A stretch of DNA of 64,000 nucleotides. Origin: an uncultured delta proteobacterium. GTDB lineage: Bacteria > Myxococcota > Myxococcia > SLRQ01. The notes under the pieces are model-generated. The model had not been told where the DNA came from. It did not search any database and saw only the letters and a program-made list of their open reading frames with translations. Below are positions 38,468 to 48,393 of the stretch, piece by piece. The position numbers and the translations under genes are program-made. The first letter of the stretch is position 1; every line of letters begins with the position of its first letter. The stretch is taken from NCBI GenBank assembly GCA_963727485.1, contig CAVSGM010000002.1:1248001-1312000 (forward strand), read 5' to 3'.

Positions 38468-39631
38468 ATGGTTGCCACCTTCGACTTTCCCACCCGGATC
38501 CGCTTCGGCGAGGGGGCCGTCCGGGTCCTCGCCGAGGAGCTCACCGACCGAGGCCTCGAGCACGTCCTCGTGGTCACCGACCCCGGGGTGGTCGCCGCGG
38601 GCCTCCTGAAGATCGTCGAGGGGGTCCTCGACGACGCCGGCATCGCCCACACCGCCTTCGACGGGGTGCAGACCAACCCCGAGGAGAAGGACCTCCACGC
38701 CGGGGTCAGCGCCTGGCGCGACGCCGGGGCCGACGCGGTGGTGGCGCTGGGCGGCGGGGCGGCGATGGACACCGCCAAGGGCGTGCGGCTCCTCGCCACC
38801 CACCCCGGGCCGCTGGCCCAGTACGACGACGCCAAGGGCGGGGCGCGGTTCATCTCCGCCGACCTCCCGCCACTCATCGCCATCCCCACCACCGCCGGGA
38901 CCGGCAGCGAGGTGGGCCGCAGCCTGGTGGTGACCCTCGAGGAGACCCGGAAGAAGACGGTCATCTTCTCGCCCCACCTCATGCCCACCGTGGCGCTGTG
39001 CGACCCGGACCTCACCCGGGGGCTCCCCCCGAAGGTCACCGCCGCCACCGGGATGGACGCCCTCACCCACAACCTCGAGGCCTACCTGGCCAAGGGCTTC
39101 CACCCGCTGGCCGACGCCATCGGCATCCGCGGGGTGTCCCTGGTCCAGCGCTACCTCGCCCGGGCCGTCGAGTACGGCGAGGACATGGAGGCGCGCACCG
39201 GGATGATGAGCGCCGCGCTCATGGGCGCGGTGGCCTTCCAGAAGGGCCTGGGCGTCTCCCACTCCCTGGCCCACGCCCTGGGGGCCGTGTGCGGGCTCCA
39301 CCACGGGCTCGCCAACGCCCTGGTGCTCCCGGCGGTGCTCCGCTTCGACGCCGGGGCGGTCCCGGAGCGGGTGGCCGACGTGGCCACCGCGCTCGGCGCC
39401 TCGGGGGCGGGCTACGGCGACGCCCCCGGGGACCGGGCCGCCAACCGGGTGATCGAGCTGCGCGCCGACGCCGGCCTCCCGGCGTCGCTCACCGAGGCCG
39501 GGGTCGACCCCGGGCGCCTCCCGGACCTGGTGGCCGCGGCCCAGGCCGACGCCTGCCACCTCTCGGGCCCGCGGCCGGTGACCGCCAAGGACCTCACGGG
39601 CCTCTTCCAGGCGAGCTTCGGCGCCGACTGA
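38468..39631 (+). CDS. Iron-containing alcohol dehydrogenase family protein
   Basis: FPTRIRFGEG, GGGAAMDTAK, IPTTAGTGSE, GMDALTHNLE, HSLAH..HHG. Confidence 0.92.
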   Translation: MVATFDFPTRIRFGEGAVRVLAEELTDRGLEHVLVVTDPGVVAAGLLKIVEGVLDDAGIAHTAFDGVQTNPEEKDLHAGVSAWRDAGADAVVALGGGAAMDTAKGVRLLATHPGPLAQYDDAKGGARFISADLPPLIAIPTTAGTGSEVGRSLVVTLEETRKKTVIFSPHLMPTVALCDPDLTRGLPPKVTAATGMDALTHNLEAYLAKGFHPLADAIGIRGVSLVQRYLARAVEYGEDMEARTGMMSAALMGAVAFQKGLGVSHSLAHALGAVCGLHHGLANALVLPAVLRFDAGAVPERVADVATALGASGAGYGDAPGDRAANRVIELRADAGLPASLTEAGVDPGRLPDLVAAAQADACHLSGPRPVTAKDLTGLFQASFGAD

Positions 39632-39693
39632 CGCCGGCGGGCGCCGACGGGCGTGACCGGCGGGCGCAACGGGCCGGACGCGACCGGCGGGGG

Positions 39694-40122
39694 CTACCGG
39701 CGCCGGGGCTGCGTCGGCGGCGCGGCGCCGGGGATGAGCGGGCTGCGCGGCGCCGGGGCATCCTCGCCGAGCGCTTCGAGCTCGGTCTCGACGTCGGCGA
39801 GCGCCGCGTCCAGGTCCCGGAGCGCCTGGCGCCGCTGGCGGATCAGGCGCCGGAACCTCCGGGCCCGGGCCCGGGCCTCGCTCACGGGCAGCCCGCCCCG
39901 CGCGAGCTCCAGCAGCTCCCGGATCTCGGCCAGCGAGAAGCCCAGGGTCTCGGCCCGCTGGATGAAGCGCACCCGGTCCACAATCCCGGTCCCGAAGAGG
40001 CGATGGCCCCCGACGGTGCGCCGGGCGTGGACCAGCCCCCGGGCCTCGTAGTAGCGAAGCGCCTGGGTGGTCAGCCCGGTCCGGGCGGCGACCTCGCCAA
40101 TCTTGTAGGGCCCCCCCCGCAT
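39694..40122 (-). CDS. MerR-family transcriptional regulator (no Cys)
   Basis: YKIGEVAARTGLTTQALRYYEARGL...RFIQRAETLGFSLAEIRELL. Confidence 0.85.
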   Translation of the reverse strand: MRGGPYKIGEVAARTGLTTQALRYYEARGLVHARRTVGGHRLFGTGIVDRVRFIQRAETLGFSLAEIRELLELARGGLPVSEARARARRFRRLIRQRRQALRDLDAALADVETELEALGEDAPAPRSPLIPGAAPPTQPRRR

Positions 40123-40304
40123 GGCGATGCGGCGGGACCGGGGACGAGTCCCCGGGGGGGAGGACGCGATCGCCCCGGCCCGCCACCCGTCCCTTCGCCC
40201 GCACGGCCCGCGACGTTTCACCGGGGCCGAGGCGACCGCCTCCGCGGGGCCCCGCGCCGCCGGCCGCCGCGCCGATGCTATGGTCGCGGCCAGGAGGATC
40301 CCCG

Positions 40305-40925
40305 ATGCCCCGCCGCCTCGCCGCTGCCCTCGTCTGCGCCCTCGCCGGTGTCGCCACCCCCGCCCTCGCCGCCGCGCCCCCGAGCCTGATGTCGCTGCTG
40401 AAGGAGGGCCCGGTGGTGGTGGTGAAGCACAACGCCAAGGGCCGCTTCGCCGCCTGCACCGGCATCACCCACGTCCACGCGTCGGTGGACGCGGTGTGGC
40501 AGGTGATCTCCCACCCGGGTGCCTGGCACACCTTCATGCCCAAGATGGAGCGCTCCCACGTGGAGCACGCCGGGAAGGGCTGGGCCATGGTCACCTTCGA
40601 GCTCGACGTCCCGGGCCCCGACCCCGAGTACACCCAGCGCTTCGACTTCGACGCCAAGACGCACACGGTGAAGGTCACCTGGATGCGCGGGGACCTCAAG
40701 GGCACCCACACCACCTGGAGGGTGGTGCCCCTCTCGGATCACGACGTGCTCCTCTACGAGACCAACGACACCGAGCACTACTCGGGCCTCGCCGAGTCCC
40801 TCGAGGACAAGCAGCAGACCATCACCATCGGGGTGAACGTCACCGCGGTCCTCGCCGGGCTCAAGGCGGTGCGGGTGCGCGCCGAGGCCGCCGGGCCCGC
40901 CCGGGGCGCGGCGAAGGCGCCGTGA
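40305..40925 (+). CDS. Secreted SRPBCC/Coq10-like START-fold protein
   Basis: Signal peptide ending ALA; VHASVDAVWQVI...FMPKM...GDLK; AGGAGG RBS. Confidence 0.65.
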   Translation: MPRRLAAALVCALAGVATPALAAAPPSLMSLLKEGPVVVVKHNAKGRFAACTGITHVHASVDAVWQVISHPGAWHTFMPKMERSHVEHAGKGWAMVTFELDVPGPDPEYTQRFDFDAKTHTVKVTWMRGDLKGTHTTWRVVPLSDHDVLLYETNDTEHYSGLAESLEDKQQTITIGVNVTAVLAGLKAVRVRAEAAGPARGAAKAP

Positions 40926-40959
40926 TCCGGGACACATTCTAGTGTGATAGTCCTGGGCC

Positions 40960-42128
40960 ATGTCCCCGGCCCGCTCCCCGACCCTCGTCGCCGCCCTCCT
41001 CCTCGTCGCCGGCTGCGGCGCCTCCGCCACCCACCCCGGCGGGGCCTCGACGTCGACGCCACCGACCTGGCCACCGACGCGAACCTCCTGGCCCTGCCCC
41101 TGCCCTACTTCCCCGTCCCCTGGATGGGGCACCTGCCCTTCCAGCCGCCGCCCACCGAGTCCCCGAACTTCGTGGCCGAGCGGGAGAAGATGGCGGCGAT
41201 GGCGACCCAGCTCGGCCTCCCGGTGCTCCTCGAGCTCTCGCCCACGGCGATGAGCGGCGATCGCTACCTCGCCGAGGTCAAGCCGCCCACCGGCCCCCTC
41301 TACAACATGACCAACTACGTGCCGGTCTGCGGGGACCACCCGGGACCGGACGCCGCCAGCGTGAAGACCGCCTACCTCGCCTTCGTCGAGGAGATGATCG
41401 ACGCCCTCCACCCGAAGTACCTCGCCATCGGCTGGCGGGTGAACGTGTTCGCCGACGACTGCCCGACCCAGTGGCCGACCCTGAAGGCCCTGCTCAACGC
41501 CACCTACGCGGCGGTGAAGCAGGCGCACCCGAAGCTCACCGTCTTCGACACCTTCGACGCCGACGCCCTGTGGGCGGCGACCCCGGGCGGGGCCTGCGGC
41601 AAGGTCGATCGGGACTGCCTGACCAGGCGGCTGGCCGCCTACGGCGATCTGCGGACCGACCTCTTCGCCCTCTCGGCCCACCCCCTGGCCCTCCTCGACG
41701 CCGGCACCCTCCCCGACGACTACCTGACGATCTTCGGGAAGGTCACGGGCCTGCCGGTGGCGATCACCGACACCGACCTGCCCGGCGCCCCCCTCGCCGA
41801 GACCCTGAACACCACCCGCTGCGCCCCGGCGCTGGCCGCCACCGACGCCACCCGCACCAGCTGGGTGGAGCGGGTCATCGCCGACGGAACCGCGGCGAAG
41901 ATGCCCTTCGTGGTCTGGTCCACGGACCGGGCGCTCGTCCCCGCGGCGGACGCCGCGCCCTGCGCCTGCGGGAGCGCCACCAACGCCTGCCAGCGCCTGG
42001 GCGACATGGACCCCTTCTTCCGGGGGCCGGTGCGCGCCCTCGCCCTCTCGTCGCTTCGGGCGGCGGAGGGGAGCCCGACCCCGGCCCTGGCGAAGTGGCA
42101 GGCGGGGGTCAAGGCGGCGGCGCCCTGA
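40960..42128 (+). CDS. Hypothetical lipoprotein (possible glycoside-hydrolase-like barrel), with a frameshift near 41040
   Basis: Lipobox LVAG-C in one frame; the body with good codon bias (PKYLAIG, DLFALSAHP, PVAITDT) is in the adjacent frame. Confidence 0.55.
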
Positions 42129-42156
42129 GGCTTGGGCGCGACGGGGCCGGGGGCCT

Positions 42157-42732
42157 TCAGCGCACGAAGGGCACCAGCGCCGGCGTGGTCTTCCGGTACT
42201 CGGCGTAGGCCTCGCCGAAGGTCTCGGTCATCCACCGCTCCTCGAGGCGCAGCTTGCGCCACAGGGCCACGAAGATGAGCCCCAGGGCCACCAGCGCCCG
42301 CCACTGCCCCACACACAGCGTCGTCCCCGCGAAGGCGGTGAGCATCCCGGTGTAGATGGGGTGGCGGACCAGGGCGTAGGGCCCCCGGCGCACCAGGGCG
42401 TGGTCCTCCTTGACGGTGACGGTGCCGCTCCAGTTGCCCGCGAGGATCGCCCGGGCCCAGATCGCAAAGGCGATGCCCAGGGCCGTCAGCGCCACGCCGA
42501 TCCCGTAGCCCACCCAGCTCACCGGGACGAAGGTCCCCTCGAGGAGGCCGCCGGGGAGGTGCGGCAGGGCGCAGAGGGCCGCGGCGGCGCCCAGCGGCAC
42601 GATGTGGCCGAGGCGCGAGGCGAAGGTCTCCACCCGGCGCACCGGCTTGGTGCCCAGCGACATCGCCCACCAGATCATCGCCCAGGCGATCCACAGGCCG
42701 TAGACCACGTCGCGCGCGAGGTGCGTCGCCAT
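42157..42732 (-). CDS. Isoprenylcysteine carboxyl methyltransferase-family membrane protein
   Basis: LAGNWS, HALVRRGPYALVRHPIYTG, EERW..FGEAYAEY. Confidence 0.88.
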   Translation of the reverse strand: MATHLARDVVYGLWIAWAMIWWAMSLGTKPVRRVETFASRLGHIVPLGAAAALCALPHLPGGLLEGTFVPVSWVGYGIGVALTALGIAFAIWARAILAGNWSGTVTVKEDHALVRRGPYALVRHPIYTGMLTAFAGTTLCVGQWRALVALGLIFVALWRKLRLEERWMTETFGEAYAEYRKTTPALVPFVR

Positions 42733-42846
42733 GGGGACAGCCTAGCGCGCCCGGGGGGTCGGCGCTCGGGCGCCACCCGGGAGCCCCTGGAGCACGTCCA
42801 CCCGGCCAGGATGGACGGCGGCACCCGTCGCAGGAAGGGCCCGGAC

Positions 42847-43638
42847 CTACGCGGTGAGGCGGCCCTCGACCACGATCACCGCCTGACCCACCAGGTCCAC
42901 CCGCTCGCCCCGGAGGACCACGTGCACCCGGCCCCCGCGCGCGCTGGCCTGCAGCCCGGTGACCGCGTCCTTCCCCAGCCGCGCGCCCCAGAAGGGCCCG
43001 AGGGCGCAGTGGGCCGAGCCGGTGACCGGGTCCTCGTCGACGCCGGCCCCCGGGGCGAAGTACCGGGAGACGAAGTCCACGCCGGCGTCGCCTTCGCCCG
43101 CGGGCGCGGTGATCATCACCCCCCGGGCGGCGAGGGATCGGAGGGCGGCGAGGTCCGGGGTCGCCTGGCGCACCGCCGCCGCGTCCGGCACCTCCACCAG
43201 GTAGTCGAGGCGGTTCTTGTAGACGCCGAGCGCCTCGACCCCGAGGGCCTCGAGCATCCCCGCCGGCGCCTCGGCCGCGGCCACCGGCTCGCCGGGGAAG
43301 TCCAGGGCGAGGCCGCCGTCCACCTCCCGGGCGCCGAGCTCGCCGCTCCGGGTGAAGAAGCGCACCTGGCCCTTCGCCCGGCCGGTGGCGAAGAGCACCT
43401 GGCTCGACGCCAGCGTCGCGTGCCCGCACAGATCGACCTCCACCGCCGGGGTGAACCAGCGCAGGCCGAAGCCCCCCGCCTCGGGGACCAGGAACGCGGT
43501 CTCCGAGTGGCGCATCTCCCGGGCCACCTGCTGCATCCAGGTCTCGCTCGCCGGGGCGTCGAGGAGGACCACCGCCGCGGGGTTGCCGGCGAAGGGCACG
43601 TCGGTGAAGGCGTCGACGACGAAGAGGGGCGCGTCCAT
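42847..43638 (-). CDS. PhzF-family isomerase/epimerase
   Basis: VDAFTDVPFAGNPAAV, SETAF, LRWFTPAVEVDLCGHATLA, EDPVTGSAH. Confidence 0.92.
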   Translation of the reverse strand: MDAPLFVVDAFTDVPFAGNPAAVVLLDAPASETWMQQVAREMRHSETAFLVPEAGGFGLRWFTPAVEVDLCGHATLASSQVLFATGRAKGQVRFFTRSGELGAREVDGGLALDFPGEPVAAAEAPAGMLEALGVEALGVYKNRLDYLVEVPDAAAVRQATPDLAALRSLAARGVMITAPAGEGDAGVDFVSRYFAPGAGVDEDPVTGSAHCALGPFWGARLGKDAVTGLQASARGGRVHVVLRGERVDLVGQAVIVVEGRLTA

Positions 43639-43838
43639 GGGCCGAGGGATACGCCGCGCCGCCCCGACGCGCCACCCCGCCGACGGACGGAAACGCCCCG
43701 ACCCCCTGCGGGGGACCGCCGGGGCCGGGGCCTGGGTCCGCCCGGGTGTCATGCGAAGCGAAGGAGGGGCACCGCGGAACCCCATGTCCCGCGGGGAGGA
43801 ACCGCCCTTCCGCCTGCACCGGACGGATATGCGTCTGG

Positions 43839-44375
43839 CTACACGAAGATGATCTGCGCGCCTTCGGCCTTGTCGAGGAAATCCATGGCGGAGATGACGC
43901 CCTTGACCTCGGGGATCAGCTCCTCCTTCTTGCGCTTGAACATGTCCATCGCCATCTGGCAGGCGTAGAGCTCGGCGCCGGCGGCGTCGAGGATCTCGAG
44001 CATCTCGCGCACCGTGGGGATCTCGGCCTCCTCCATGCCCTTGATCATCCGGGTGGTGGCGAACCGCTGCAGCCCCGGGAGCCCCCCGAGCATCGTCGGG
44101 ATGTGCATCGAGGGGTTGCCCACGGTGGCGACCTGCAGGTGATCGAGCTGGTCGGTGGTGATGATGTCGAGCCCCCAGAAGGTGAAGAAGAGCATGGCGT
44201 CGATGCCCTCCATCCGCGCCGCGTTGGCGAGGATGAGGCCCGGGTACGCCATGTCCAAGGTGCCCTTGGAGCAGACGATGGCCAGCTTGCGCGCGGGGGC
44301 CTCGGTGGGCGCCTCGGTGGCGCCTCGGGTCCCCTCGGGGAACTGGCTTCGCACTGGCAACGTGGTCTCGGTCAT
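43839..44375 (-). CDS. DsrE/DrsH-like (DsrE2-type) sulfurtransferase
   Basis: SKGTLDMAYP, LFFTFWGL, LYACQMAMD. Confidence 0.85.
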   Translation of the reverse strand: MTETTLPVRSQFPEGTRGATEAPTEAPARKLAIVCSKGTLDMAYPGLILANAARMEGIDAMLFFTFWGLDIITTDQLDHLQVATVGNPSMHIPTMLGGLPGLQRFATTRMIKGMEEAEIPTVREMLEILDAAGAELYACQMAMDMFKRKKEELIPEVKGVISAMDFLDKAEGAQIIFV

Positions 44376-44438
44376 TTCTCGCTCCCCCCATCGGCCGGCA
44401 CGCCGCCGGCTTCAATGATCTCGATCAGCGCTCCGCGA

Positions 44439-44756
44439 TCAGAGGCAGCTCTTGGGCTTGGGCACCCCGGCGATCTTCGCGGCGAGCTTCCCGGGCCCCT
44501 TGGGGAAGAGCTGGTAGAGCGCCTTCATCCCCACCCCCGAGTGCATGGAGATCCGCCGCAGCCCCGGGGCCTCGCCCTTCTCGGCGAAGTCGGCGCGCAT
44601 GAAGTCGATGACCTTCCAGTGGTCGTCGGTGAGCGCGCCGATCCCGACCTCCTGGGCGATGGCCTTCGCCACCTCCGGGGTCCAGGCATCGGCGGAGAGC
44701 AGGAAGCCCTCGTCGTTGAGCTCCACCTGCTTGCCGGCGTAGGTCTGGGTACTCAT
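44439..44756 (-). CDS. TusE/DsrC-family sulfur carrier with a single C-terminal Cys
   Basis: DEGFL...W, LTDDHWKVI, LYQLFPKGP..AAKIAGVPKPKSCL. Confidence 0.9.
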   Translation of the reverse strand: MSTQTYAGKQVELNDEGFLLSADAWTPEVAKAIAQEVGIGALTDDHWKVIDFMRADFAEKGEAPGLRRISMHSGVGMKALYQLFPKGPGKLAAKIAGVPKPKSCL

Positions 44757-44777
44757 CTCGTTCTCCTCTCGTCGCCC

Positions 44778-46025
44778 CTAGGCGGTGGCCGGGGCGGGGC
44801 GGTGCTTGCCCTTCATCGACATCTGCACCGGCACCGGCATCGGCCGGCCCGGCAACAACGCGTGCCAGTAGAGCCAGCGGAAGCCGAGCTTCCCCAGGTG
44901 GTTCATCCGGCTCTCCTCGAGCAGCGCGAACGGCCCGATCCCCGGCAGCGGGTAGTGGCCCGGCAGGGGCTCGACCTCGTAGTTGAAGTCGATGAGCAGG
45001 CCCTTCTTGTGACCGGTCTCCACGAAGCAGTTGGCGTGGCCGTCGAAGCCCGGGTCCAGGCTCTCGCCGCGCATGGCGTGGAGGAGGTTCTCGGCGAGGA
45101 CCTCGCTCTGGAAATGGGCCACCGAGCCGGCCTTGGAGCTCGGGAGATCGGTGGCGTCGCCGAGGACGAAGATGTGCTCGTGGTCCTTCGCCGCCAGGGT
45201 GTGGGGCTCGGTGGGCACGAAGCCCATGTCGTCCCCGAGGCCCGAGTGGCCGATGACCTCGACCCCCGAGTGGGTGGGGATGGAGACCAGCAGGTCGTAG
45301 GGCACCTCGCGCTCGTCGTAGGAGCGGATCACCTGGCGCTTGGGGTCCACCTCGCCCACCGCGAACTCGGCGGCGGTGTGGATCCCCTTCTCGCCCAGGA
45401 GGTGCGAGAGGGTGCGCGCCGCCACCGGCCGGGTGAAGCAGCCCTCCAGGGGCGTGGCGTAGGTGAGCTCGACCTTGTCGCGGATCCCCTTCTTGGTGAA
45501 GAAGTCGTCGGCGAGGAAGATGAACTCCAGCGGCGCCACCGGGCACTTGATGGGCATCTCGGCGATGTTCACCACCAGCTTGCCGCCCTCGAAGGTCTCG
45601 AGGGCCGCCCGGAGCCGCTGGGCCCCCTCCAGGGTGTAGAAGGTGTGCTCCCGGGGGCCCCAGTGGCCCTCGTCGGTGAGCCCCGGCATCAGGTCCGGGC
45701 GCACCCGGGTGCCGGTGGCGATCACCAGCAGGTCGTAGGGGAGCACCACCCCGCTGGCGAGGTGGACCGTCCGGTGGTCCGGGTCGATGGCGTCCACCGC
45801 GGCGCCGAGCCACTGGATCCCCTCGTGGAGGGTCCTCGCCCGGGGCCGGATCATCTTGTCCTCGTTCTGGGCCCCGAAGGGCAGGAAGAGCAGGCCCGGC
45901 TGGTAGAGGTGGTCGACCTCGGGATCGACGATCACCATCGACCAGTCGTCCGGCAGCTGCCGGAACATCCGGTTGGCGACGACGGTGCCGCCGGTACCCG
46001 CACCGACGATGACCAGGTTCTTCAT
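44778..46025 (-). CDS. sqr: Sulfide:quinone oxidoreductase-like flavoprotein (type III-like)
   Basis: IVGAGTGG, HLYQPG, IKCPVAPLEF, LGDATDLPSSKAGSVAH, FDGHANCF. Confidence 0.8.
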   Translation of the reverse strand: MKNLVIVGAGTGGTVVANRMFRQLPDDWSMVIVDPEVDHLYQPGLLFLPFGAQNEDKMIRPRARTLHEGIQWLGAAVDAIDPDHRTVHLASGVVLPYDLLVIATGTRVRPDLMPGLTDEGHWGPREHTFYTLEGAQRLRAALETFEGGKLVVNIAEMPIKCPVAPLEFIFLADDFFTKKGIRDKVELTYATPLEGCFTRPVAARTLSHLLGEKGIHTAAEFAVGEVDPKRQVIRSYDEREVPYDLLVSIPTHSGVEVIGHSGLGDDMGFVPTEPHTLAAKDHEHIFVLGDATDLPSSKAGSVAHFQSEVLAENLLHAMRGESLDPGFDGHANCFVETGHKKGLLIDFNYEVEPLPGHYPLPGIGPFALLEESRMNHLGKLGFRWLYWHALLPGRPMPVPVQMSMKGKHRPAPATA

Positions 46026-46074
46026 GGCCCATCCCCCTTGCGCGGCCGCCCGCCGCGCGCTGCACCGAGGAGGA

Positions 46075-46090
46075 TGCGAGGGGTGTGCCA
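46075..46090 (-). promoter_or_regulatory. sigma54 promoter of sqr-tusE-dsrE
   Basis: TGGCACACCCCTCGCA, exact GG-N10-GC spacing, 50 nt upstream of the sqr ATG. Confidence 0.65.
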
Positions 46091-46237
46091 CGGGCCGGCG
46101 CGCGCAGGTGGCTGCAATCGCCCGGGTTTCCGTCGGCGCGCCCGGCGGGCCCTCGCAACCGCGGCGTCGGCCGCGCCGGGGTGCGCAGATCGTGCGATCG
46201 GTGCAGGGATCGCGTGGGGGTGGGCCCCCCGGCGCGG

Positions 46238-46858
46238 CTAGCGCTCGACCCGGCGGGGCGCGGGCCGGGCCCGGCGCTGGCGGAAGGCCTCGTCCCGGGC
46301 CTCCTCCTCGATGGCGTCGGTGATGGCCCGGATCTCGGCGGCGAGGTCGGGGATCACCACCTGCTCCAGGGCGCCCAGGCGCCGCGCGGTGCGGGCGAGG
46401 CCCTCCCGGAGCCGGGCCAGCCCGGTGCGCGCCTCGGCGAGGCGCACCAGGTCCGGCAGCGCGGCGGCGAAGGCGGCCCCGGCGCGGTCGAGGCGGGCGC
46501 TGGTCCCCGCCGGGGCGTAGGCGGGGACGAACGGCGGCACCGTCACCGCCAGCCGCGGCAGGGACACGCCCACCAGCCCCACCCGCTGGCGGCGCACCGT
46601 CACCGCGGGGGGCTGGGCCAGGGCGGCGGCATCCACCGCGGCGCCCCCGAGCTCCACCCGGGCCTCGGCGAGGCGGGCCCGGGCCTCGGCCAGGGCCCCC
46701 GCCGCCTTGGCCTCCAGGGCCCGCGCCTCCTCCCGGCGCTCGCGGATCGCCCGGAGGAGGACCTCGCGCTTGCGGTCGAGGAGCGCGTGGCCCCGGCGCG
46801 CCGCCCCGACCTGCTCCCGGAGCTGGAGGAGCCGGGAGCGGATCGCCCGGCCGCTCAT
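46238..46858 (-). CDS. A/V-type ATP synthase subunit D
   Basis: ARRGHALLDRKREVL, TARRLGALEQVVIP, EEEARDE. Confidence 0.88.
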   Translation of the reverse strand: MSGRAIRSRLLQLREQVGAARRGHALLDRKREVLLRAIRERREEARALEAKAAGALAEARARLAEARVELGGAAVDAAALAQPPAVTVRRQRVGLVGVSLPRLAVTVPPFVPAYAPAGTSARLDRAGAAFAAALPDLVRLAEARTGLARLREGLARTARRLGALEQVVIPDLAAEIRAITDAIEEEARDEAFRQRRARPAPRRVER

Positions 46859-48393
46859 CGCGGCGCCTCGGCGGCGGACGCCGCCTCCGGTTCCTCGGCC
46901 GCCGCGTCGGGCGCCTCCGCCGCCTCCTCCGGACTCCCGGCCGCCGCCTCGGGCGCCTCGGCCCCCGCCTCCGGACCGCCGGGCGCCGGCTCGGGGCCCT
47001 CCGCCGCCCCCTCTGGACCCCCGCGCCCGTAGCGGGCGAGGATCTCGTCGGGGATCCGCGAGAGCTCCGAGTCGGGGAGCCGGCGGAGCACCGCCCACGC
47101 CCGGTCCAGGGTCTCGTCGATGGACCGGTGCTCGCTGCGGCCCTGGGAGAGGAAGCCCTCCTCGAAGGCGTCGCCGAGCTGGAGGTAGGTGCGCTCGAGG
47201 CCGGAGAGCTCCTCCCGGCCGATGATCGCCTCCAGGGCCCGCGCCCGCTCCACCTGCGCCACCGCCGCGTAGAGCTGCCGGGCCACCGCCGGGTGGTCCC
47301 CCCGGGTGCGGCCCTCGCCGATGCCGTCCTCCATCAGGCGCGAGAGCGACGGCAGCACCATCACCGGCGGGTAGACGCCCCGGCGGTCGAGCTCCCGCCC
47401 CAGGACCACCTGCCCCTCGGTGACGTAGCCGGTGAGGTCGGGGATGGGGTGGGTGAGGTCGCCGGAGGGCAGGGTCACCACCGGCACCAGGGTCAGGGAC
47501 CCCGGGCGGTCGAGGATCCGCCCGGCGCGCTCGAAGATCGACGCCAGGTCCGAGTAGAGGTAGCCGGGGTAGCCCTTGCGGCTGGGCATCTCGCCCCTCG
47601 CCGCGGCCACCTCCCGGAGCGCCTCGCCGTAGCTGGTGATGTCGTGGAGGACCACCAGCACGTGCATCCCCCGGTCGAAGGCGAGGTGCTCGGCGGCGGT
47701 GAGCGCCGTCCGCGGGGTGATGAGGCGCTCGGCGGCGGGATCGTCGGCCAGGTTGAGGAAGAGGATCGACCGGGCGAGCGCCCCGCTGCGGCGCAGGTCC
47801 GCCTCGTAGGCCCGCGCCGTCTCCCGGGGGAGCCCCAGGGCCGCGAACACCACCGCGAAGTCCTCGACCCCGGGGGCCCGCGCCTGGCGGAGGAGCTGCA
47901 TCACCATCGCGTCGTGGGGCAGCCCGCTCTCGGTGAACACCGGGAGCTTCTGGCCCAGCACCAGGCTGTCGAGGGCGTCGATGGCGCTGATGCCGGTCTC
48001 CAGGAAGGCCCGGGGGTAGGCCCGGCGCACCGGGTTGATGGGCGCGCCCTCGATGGGCCTCGCGTCGACGCCCAGCGGCCGCGGCAGCCCGTCCCGGGGA
48101 CGGCCCACCCCGTCGAGGACCCGGCCGAGGAGCTCGGGGCCCACGTCCACGGTCAGGGGCCGGCCGGAGAAGCGCACCCGGGTCCCGCCGAGGTCGAGGC
48201 CCGCGGTCTCGCCGAACACCTCCACCACCGCCCGGTCGCCGGTCACCTGGAGCACCCGGCCGATGCGCACCTCGCCGTCGGCGCCCACCACCTCCACGTG
48301 CTCGTGGTAGCCCGCGCCGGCGACGCCCTCGACGAAGGCCAGCGGGCCCTTGAGCCCGGCGAGGCCCTGGTACTCGAGGCCCGCGGTGGTCAT
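46855..48393 (-). CDS. A/V-type ATP synthase subunit B, with an acidic Ala/Pro/Glu C-terminal tail
   Basis: GQKLPVF, ERLITPRTALTAAE, YLYSDLASIFERAG, THPIPDLTGYVTEGQ, LPSLSRLM. Confidence 0.95.
   Translation of the reverse strand: MTTAGLEYQGLAGLKGPLAFVEGVAGAGYHEHVEVVGADGEVRIGRVLQVTGDRAVVEVFGETAGLDLGGTRVRFSGRPLTVDVGPELLGRVLDGVGRPRDGLPRPLGVDARPIEGAPINPVRRAYPRAFLETGISAIDALDSLVLGQKLPVFTESGLPHDAMVMQLLRQARAPGVEDFAVVFAALGLPRETARAYEADLRRSGALARSILFLNLADDPAAERLITPRTALTAAEHLAFDRGMHVLVVLHDITSYGEALREVAAARGEMPSRKGYPGYLYSDLASIFERAGRILDRPGSLTLVPVVTLPSGDLTHPIPDLTGYVTEGQVVLGRELDRRGVYPPVMVLPSLSRLMEDGIGEGRTRGDHPAVARQLYAAVAQVERARALEAIIGREELSGLERTYLQLGDAFEEGFLSQGRSEHRSIDETLDRAWAVLRRLPDSELSRIPDEILARYGRGGPEGAAEGPEPAPGGPEAGAEAPEAAAGSPEEAAEAPDAAAEEPEAASAAEAPR

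Noticed and set aside
39694..40122. Metal-sensing MerR/CueR regulator or a CarA paralogue
   Set aside because: No cysteines and no B12-binding domain
42847..43638. Phenazine biosynthesis cluster
   Set aside because: Solitary PhzF-family gene with no other phz genes
44439..44756. Evidence for dissimilatory sulfate reduction (true DsrC)
   Set aside because: Lacks the second conserved Cys, and there is no dsrAB or dsrMK in the window
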